From the NCBI GenBank assembly GCA_034520565.1, contig JAXHNL010000002.1, positions 1,344,001-1,408,000 of the forward strand: a stretch of DNA of 64,000 bases, in the 5' to 3' direction. The notes beneath the pieces were generated by a model. That model saw only the letters and a list, made by a program, of their open reading frames with translations, was not told the DNA's origin and ran no database searches. The DNA comes from Halodesulfurarchaeum sp. (GTDB lineage Archaea > Halobacteriota > Halobacteria > Halobacteriales > Halobacteriaceae). Both the position numbers and the translations under genes were made by a program. Shown here in pieces: positions 60,725 through 64,000 of the stretch. How positions within the stretch are numbered: the stretch's first letter is position 1; each line of letters begins with the position of its first letter.

Positions 60725-60886
60725 ATGGCACAGGATCGAGACCCAATGACCGACGACGAGATCGCTGAATTGCGCGAAGAGATGGACGCACAGCGCACAA
60801 TAATCCGTGAATCGTTGGCCGAAGACCTCGGCGGCGATCCGGAGGATTATCGTCCCGAAAGGCCGGTCACTGATGGCGGTCAGTGA
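60725..60886 (+). CDS. Small acidic protein (53 aa) preceded by a toxin-like 3' relic
   Basis: MAQDRDPMTDDEIAELREEMD...LAEDLGGDPEDY...TDGGQ. The upstream ALNRAEDH*SKNLERFVKRYEQWH resembles the end of the 54253 relic. Confidence 0.55.
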   Translation: MAQDRDPMTDDEIAELREEMDAQRTIIRESLAEDLGGDPEDYRPERPVTDGGQ

Positions 60887-61053
60887 TTGGCGGTACCTTA
60901 GGTAGGCATCGGCTTTGCCAGATTTCTCTATGGCCACATCAAAGGGTTGATCTGGCGACGCACAACTGAATTGGGGCTGCTGCTTGTGCAACACTGTCTC
61001 GAAATTTCGATCGAGTGCGTCTTCCGATTTGGCCGACAAACGCCTTTTCTCAA

Positions 61054-61467
61054 TCAATACTGCTGCCAATCCCGGACCCGAACGCCATCGATGCGCTCGA
61101 AATGCGAGACGTTGGCCGTAAGGACAGGCATATCGTCGACAGCAGCGGTGGCCCCGATATAGACGTCGTGTAAATCGTGCAACGGGTTCCCATCTGCTTC
61201 CAGCGATGCCAGTATTCGAGCGGCCCGCTGTGAAACGGATCGACCCACTGGAAGCACCTCGAAACGCGAAAGCAGGGCATCGAGTTGGCTCATCGCCCCC
61301 TCGAACTCCGCAGTGCCGCGCTCGTATTGCTTTTCGACTCCCAGCCGCAGTTCGGTTTCCGTGACCACGCTGATTCCCAGGGGGCGTTCGCTGTCCAGGC
61401 GCTCGATTCGGTCCATCCCGTTGCCCCGATCGATATCCACGAGAACCGAGGAGTTACAGAGGATCAC
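61054..61467 (-). CDS. vapC: VapC PIN-domain toxin (first acidic residue appears to be Asn)
   Basis: MILCNSSVLVD, TETEL, HDVYIGATA, LTANVSHF. Confidence 0.88.
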   Translation of the reverse strand: MILCNSSVLVDIDRGNGMDRIERLDSERPLGISVVTETELRLGVEKQYERGTAEFEGAMSQLDALLSRFEVLPVGRSVSQRAARILASLEADGNPLHDLHDVYIGATAAVDDMPVLTANVSHFERIDGVRVRDWQQY

Positions 61468-61682
61468 GAGTCCAGCCGTTCCAGGGTTCCATCGCTTTCT
61501 CGCTGTACCGTCTCTTTCACGTCGGTGATGGTCCCGGGCTCGAAAATACCCTGGCCGGCGACGTCTCGAAGCGACCCGCCAGCGGCCAGTTTGTCTTCGA
61601 TCACCTCGCTGAAGCTTCGATCTCCTTTCTCGCGCTTGAGCTTCTCGTAGACGTCATCGGAAATCGAGATGTTCTTGCTCAT
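61464..61682 (-). CDS. vapB: VapB antitoxin
   Basis: KNISISDDVYEKLKREKGDRSFSEVI. Confidence 0.88.
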   Translation of the reverse strand: MSKNISISDDVYEKLKREKGDRSFSEVIEDKLAAGGSLRDVAGQGIFEPGTITDVKETVQRESDGTLERLDS

Positions 61683-61821
61683 GGTGATATGTATGGGTAC
61701 CAACACACAAATATATTACTTCGAAACCAGGGAGCCGCCGCTGGTGAGATGATACTCGTCCGGACCCGAACGCCATCGAATTTCTGCCCACTGGAATTCC
61801 GCAGTTTCACTTCGGGCCCAT

Positions 61822-63483
61822 TCACTTTTCGTCTACCGCCAACACCGGCACCGCGAACACCACTTCCGTTCCGCCCGACGCCCGCTCCCCGAAGGTCACC
61901 TGTCCCTCTGCGAGGTCCACGCCCCAGGTGATGGTCCAGAGGCCGATGCCGCTGCCGTGGGAGAGGGCCGTCTCGGTGCCTTCCTCGAGCACCTCGAGTT
62001 CGTGGTCGCCGATCCCCGGCCCATTGTCTGCCACCCGGACCTGCACCTGCTCGCCCTCGAGACTCGTCTCGATCCACACCCGTTGGTCTTCTCCCTCGTT
62101 GTGCATCGCCGCGTTCTCGATCGCGTTGCGGAACACCCCCTCGAGCAACCCATCCACCATCACACCCGGCCCCACCGCATCGTACCGAACCTCGACGGCC
62201 GGGAACTCCCGTTCGACGTCCGCGATCGCCCCCTCGAGCATCGTCGCGAGCTTCCGTGGCTCGGTCTCCGTCCGGGCCATGCTGAACAGGTCGATCGCCT
62301 CACGTCCCTTCTCGCCCAGCGCCTCGATGGTTTCGGCACTTTTCCGGATCTTCTGGGTGTATTCTCCCTCCTCGGCCTGGGCGTAGCCGAGAATGAGATT
62401 CGTTTCGGTGCGGATGTTGTGGCGCAGCACCCGGTGGAGGACCTCCAGGCGCTGCTGCTGGCGGAGCAGCCCTGTGACCTCGTTGATCGTGACCAGCCGG
62501 CCGATCGTGTTGTCCGGCGTCGAGGCGATCGGCTGGACGCCCACTTCGAACTGTCTGGCACCCGTTTCGCCCTGGATGGTGAGATAGTCCTCGTTCGTTC
62601 CCCGTGTTGGCAACTCGTCGAATTCCGCAAACACGTCCGACCCCGGGGCCCCGATCACCGTCTTGCGAGGGGTCCCGAAGATCTCCTCGGCCCGTTCGTT
62701 CATCTCGATGACGTGATCGTCCATGTCGACGATGAGGGCCCCCTCCTGGACGCCGTTGAAGACCATCCGTCTGGCCTGCCGGGTGGGGGCCGGGTTGGCA
62801 CGCAAGAGCTGGAATCGCTTGATTGCGAGGAAGTATATGACACCCGACGGGGCAAAAGCCACCGGAGTGGGGTCGAAACCGAAGTCGAGAAGACCCGTAA
62901 CGAAGAGCACGTTTGTGAGCCAGGGGAGGACGAGCCCGAACCCGAGCGCGATCCCTTGTCTGCGAAACAACACGCCACGATCGGCAGCGAGCTCGAACAC
63001 CAGGACCAGCCCGACGATTCCCATCAGGTAGGTGTACACGGCGATGACCCAGTACCAGGCCCCGCCGAATTCGACCCGGAGAATGCCGAAATCGGTGTAT
63101 CCGGACGTCGTAATCGTGATCAAGTCATGATACGAGTGAGTCAGAACGAGGAGGATTGTGAGGAGTGGAACCACCGCGAGCATTCCGATCGTTTCATTCG
63201 TGATGTACTGGTCGCGGCCGGAATACTCGAGGGTAAAGAGGATCCAGGCGAGTGGAATCAGGACGACGCCGATCCACATCACGACCAACCAGAATAGCTT
63301 CCCCTCGATTCCGGGCGATTGGATCCGGTACAGGGTCGAAATCGACCACCAGACCTGGCCGACGAGCAGGACGGAAAGCCACTGAGCCCCCGGCCGAGGG
63401 ATGGCCCGCCAGGAAAGGATCGCCGCTGTCGATCCGACGAGGATCGAGAGCGCGAGTGCGGCCACTAACACGGCTGGAGGCAT
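61822..63483 (-). CDS. 7TM-PAS sensor histidine kinase
   Basis: 7TM N-terminus, PAS domain (MNERAEEIFG), H-box LRHNIR, NAIENA, DNGPGI, GSGIGLW. Confidence 0.92.
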   Translation of the reverse strand: MPPAVLVAALALSILVGSTAAILSWRAIPRPGAQWLSVLLVGQVWWSISTLYRIQSPGIEGKLFWLVVMWIGVVLIPLAWILFTLEYSGRDQYITNETIGMLAVVPLLTILLVLTHSYHDLITITTSGYTDFGILRVEFGGAWYWVIAVYTYLMGIVGLVLVFELAADRGVLFRRQGIALGFGLVLPWLTNVLFVTGLLDFGFDPTPVAFAPSGVIYFLAIKRFQLLRANPAPTRQARRMVFNGVQEGALIVDMDDHVIEMNERAEEIFGTPRKTVIGAPGSDVFAEFDELPTRGTNEDYLTIQGETGARQFEVGVQPIASTPDNTIGRLVTINEVTGLLRQQQRLEVLHRVLRHNIRTETNLILGYAQAEEGEYTQKIRKSAETIEALGEKGREAIDLFSMARTETEPRKLATMLEGAIADVEREFPAVEVRYDAVGPGVMVDGLLEGVFRNAIENAAMHNEGEDQRVWIETSLEGEQVQVRVADNGPGIGDHELEVLEEGTETALSHGSGIGLWTITWGVDLAEGQVTFGERASGGTEVVFAVPVLAVDEK

Positions 63484-63574
63484 TCAGTTTGAATGTTCCG
63501 CCGGCTCTGCACATAAGTGGTTGTGTGTTCGAATACTGTCCGTTCGGACACCGATATACAAAACAGAGGCCGGC

Positions 63575-64000
63575 TCAGGCGAACAGGAGGCCGGCGAACA
63601 CGATCACCACGAGGACGTGTTTCATTTCGCCGAAGAACTCGAGCAATCGATAGCGGTCGGTTCGACCGACGAACCCGTGGAGCGTGACCGCGTAGGCTCG
63701 ACCGACGAGGGCCGCTCCGATAAACGCCACTGAGAGGAGCTCCGTCGTGAACGCGAAAAGCAACACGCCCACGATCAACACGTTAATGGTGTAGATGATG
63801 TGTCGGGAGCGGGTGATGCCGAAAACGATTGGGAGTGAACGGACGTCGTTTGCGATGTCGTCCTCGATGTCACGGAAATTTGGAATCTCCGTCCCGAGGA
63901 AGATGTCGAGGGCGAAGTAGGCAAAGAGGACGACGGCTATCGGCCCGATCTCTGCGTTGGCAAACGCAATGGGCAGGAAGACGATCGCCGTAGCCCAGGC
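63575..64000 (-). CDS. UbiA-family prenyltransferase, 3' part (start outside the window)
   Basis: RDIEDDIANDVRSLPIVFG Asp-rich motif and TM helices. Confidence 0.8.
   Translation of the reverse strand, partial: AWATAIVFLPIAFANAEIGPIAVVLFAYFALDIFLGTEIPNFRDIEDDIANDVRSLPIVFGITRSRHIIYTINVLIVGVLLFAFTTELLSVAFIGAALVGRAYAVTLHGFVGRTDRYRLLEFFGEMKHVLVVIVFAGLLFA

Noticed and set aside
1-64000. tRNA, rRNA, provirus or plasmid replication genes
   Set aside because: None recognised by eye; a tRNAscan-SE or Infernal run would be needed to exclude small RNAs.

Overview
High-GC haloarchaeal (Halobacteria) chromosomal window. It opens with a conserved core block (gyrB start, top6B/top6A, a GCS2-like ligase, psmB, DUF555, an HTH-CBS regulator, purM, an M50 protease, TraB, a thioesterase). 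It then enters a cell-surface island: a COG1361/RND pair, two tandem archaellins, DUF368, aglB, a low-GC ~17 kb glycosylation cluster, the PGF-CTERM S-layer gene, an epimerase and UDP-glucose dehydrogenase. About 18 intact or decayed toxin-antitoxin-type modules, a family of palindromic intergenic repeats and one IS1341-type tnpB element are interspersed. The most notable patterns are: (i) the inward-facing N-terminal parts of aglB and csg share the low-GC signature of the glycan cluster, suggesting a swappable cassette anchored inside these two genes; (ii) duplicated 3' ends of the epimerase and of an S-layer-like gene lie inside the TA-rich region; (iii) many toxins are inactivated while their antitoxins remain intact; (iv) a co-oriented cassette array is punctuated by palindromic repeats. 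All calls come from reading motifs by eye; no searches were run and GC differences were not computed.
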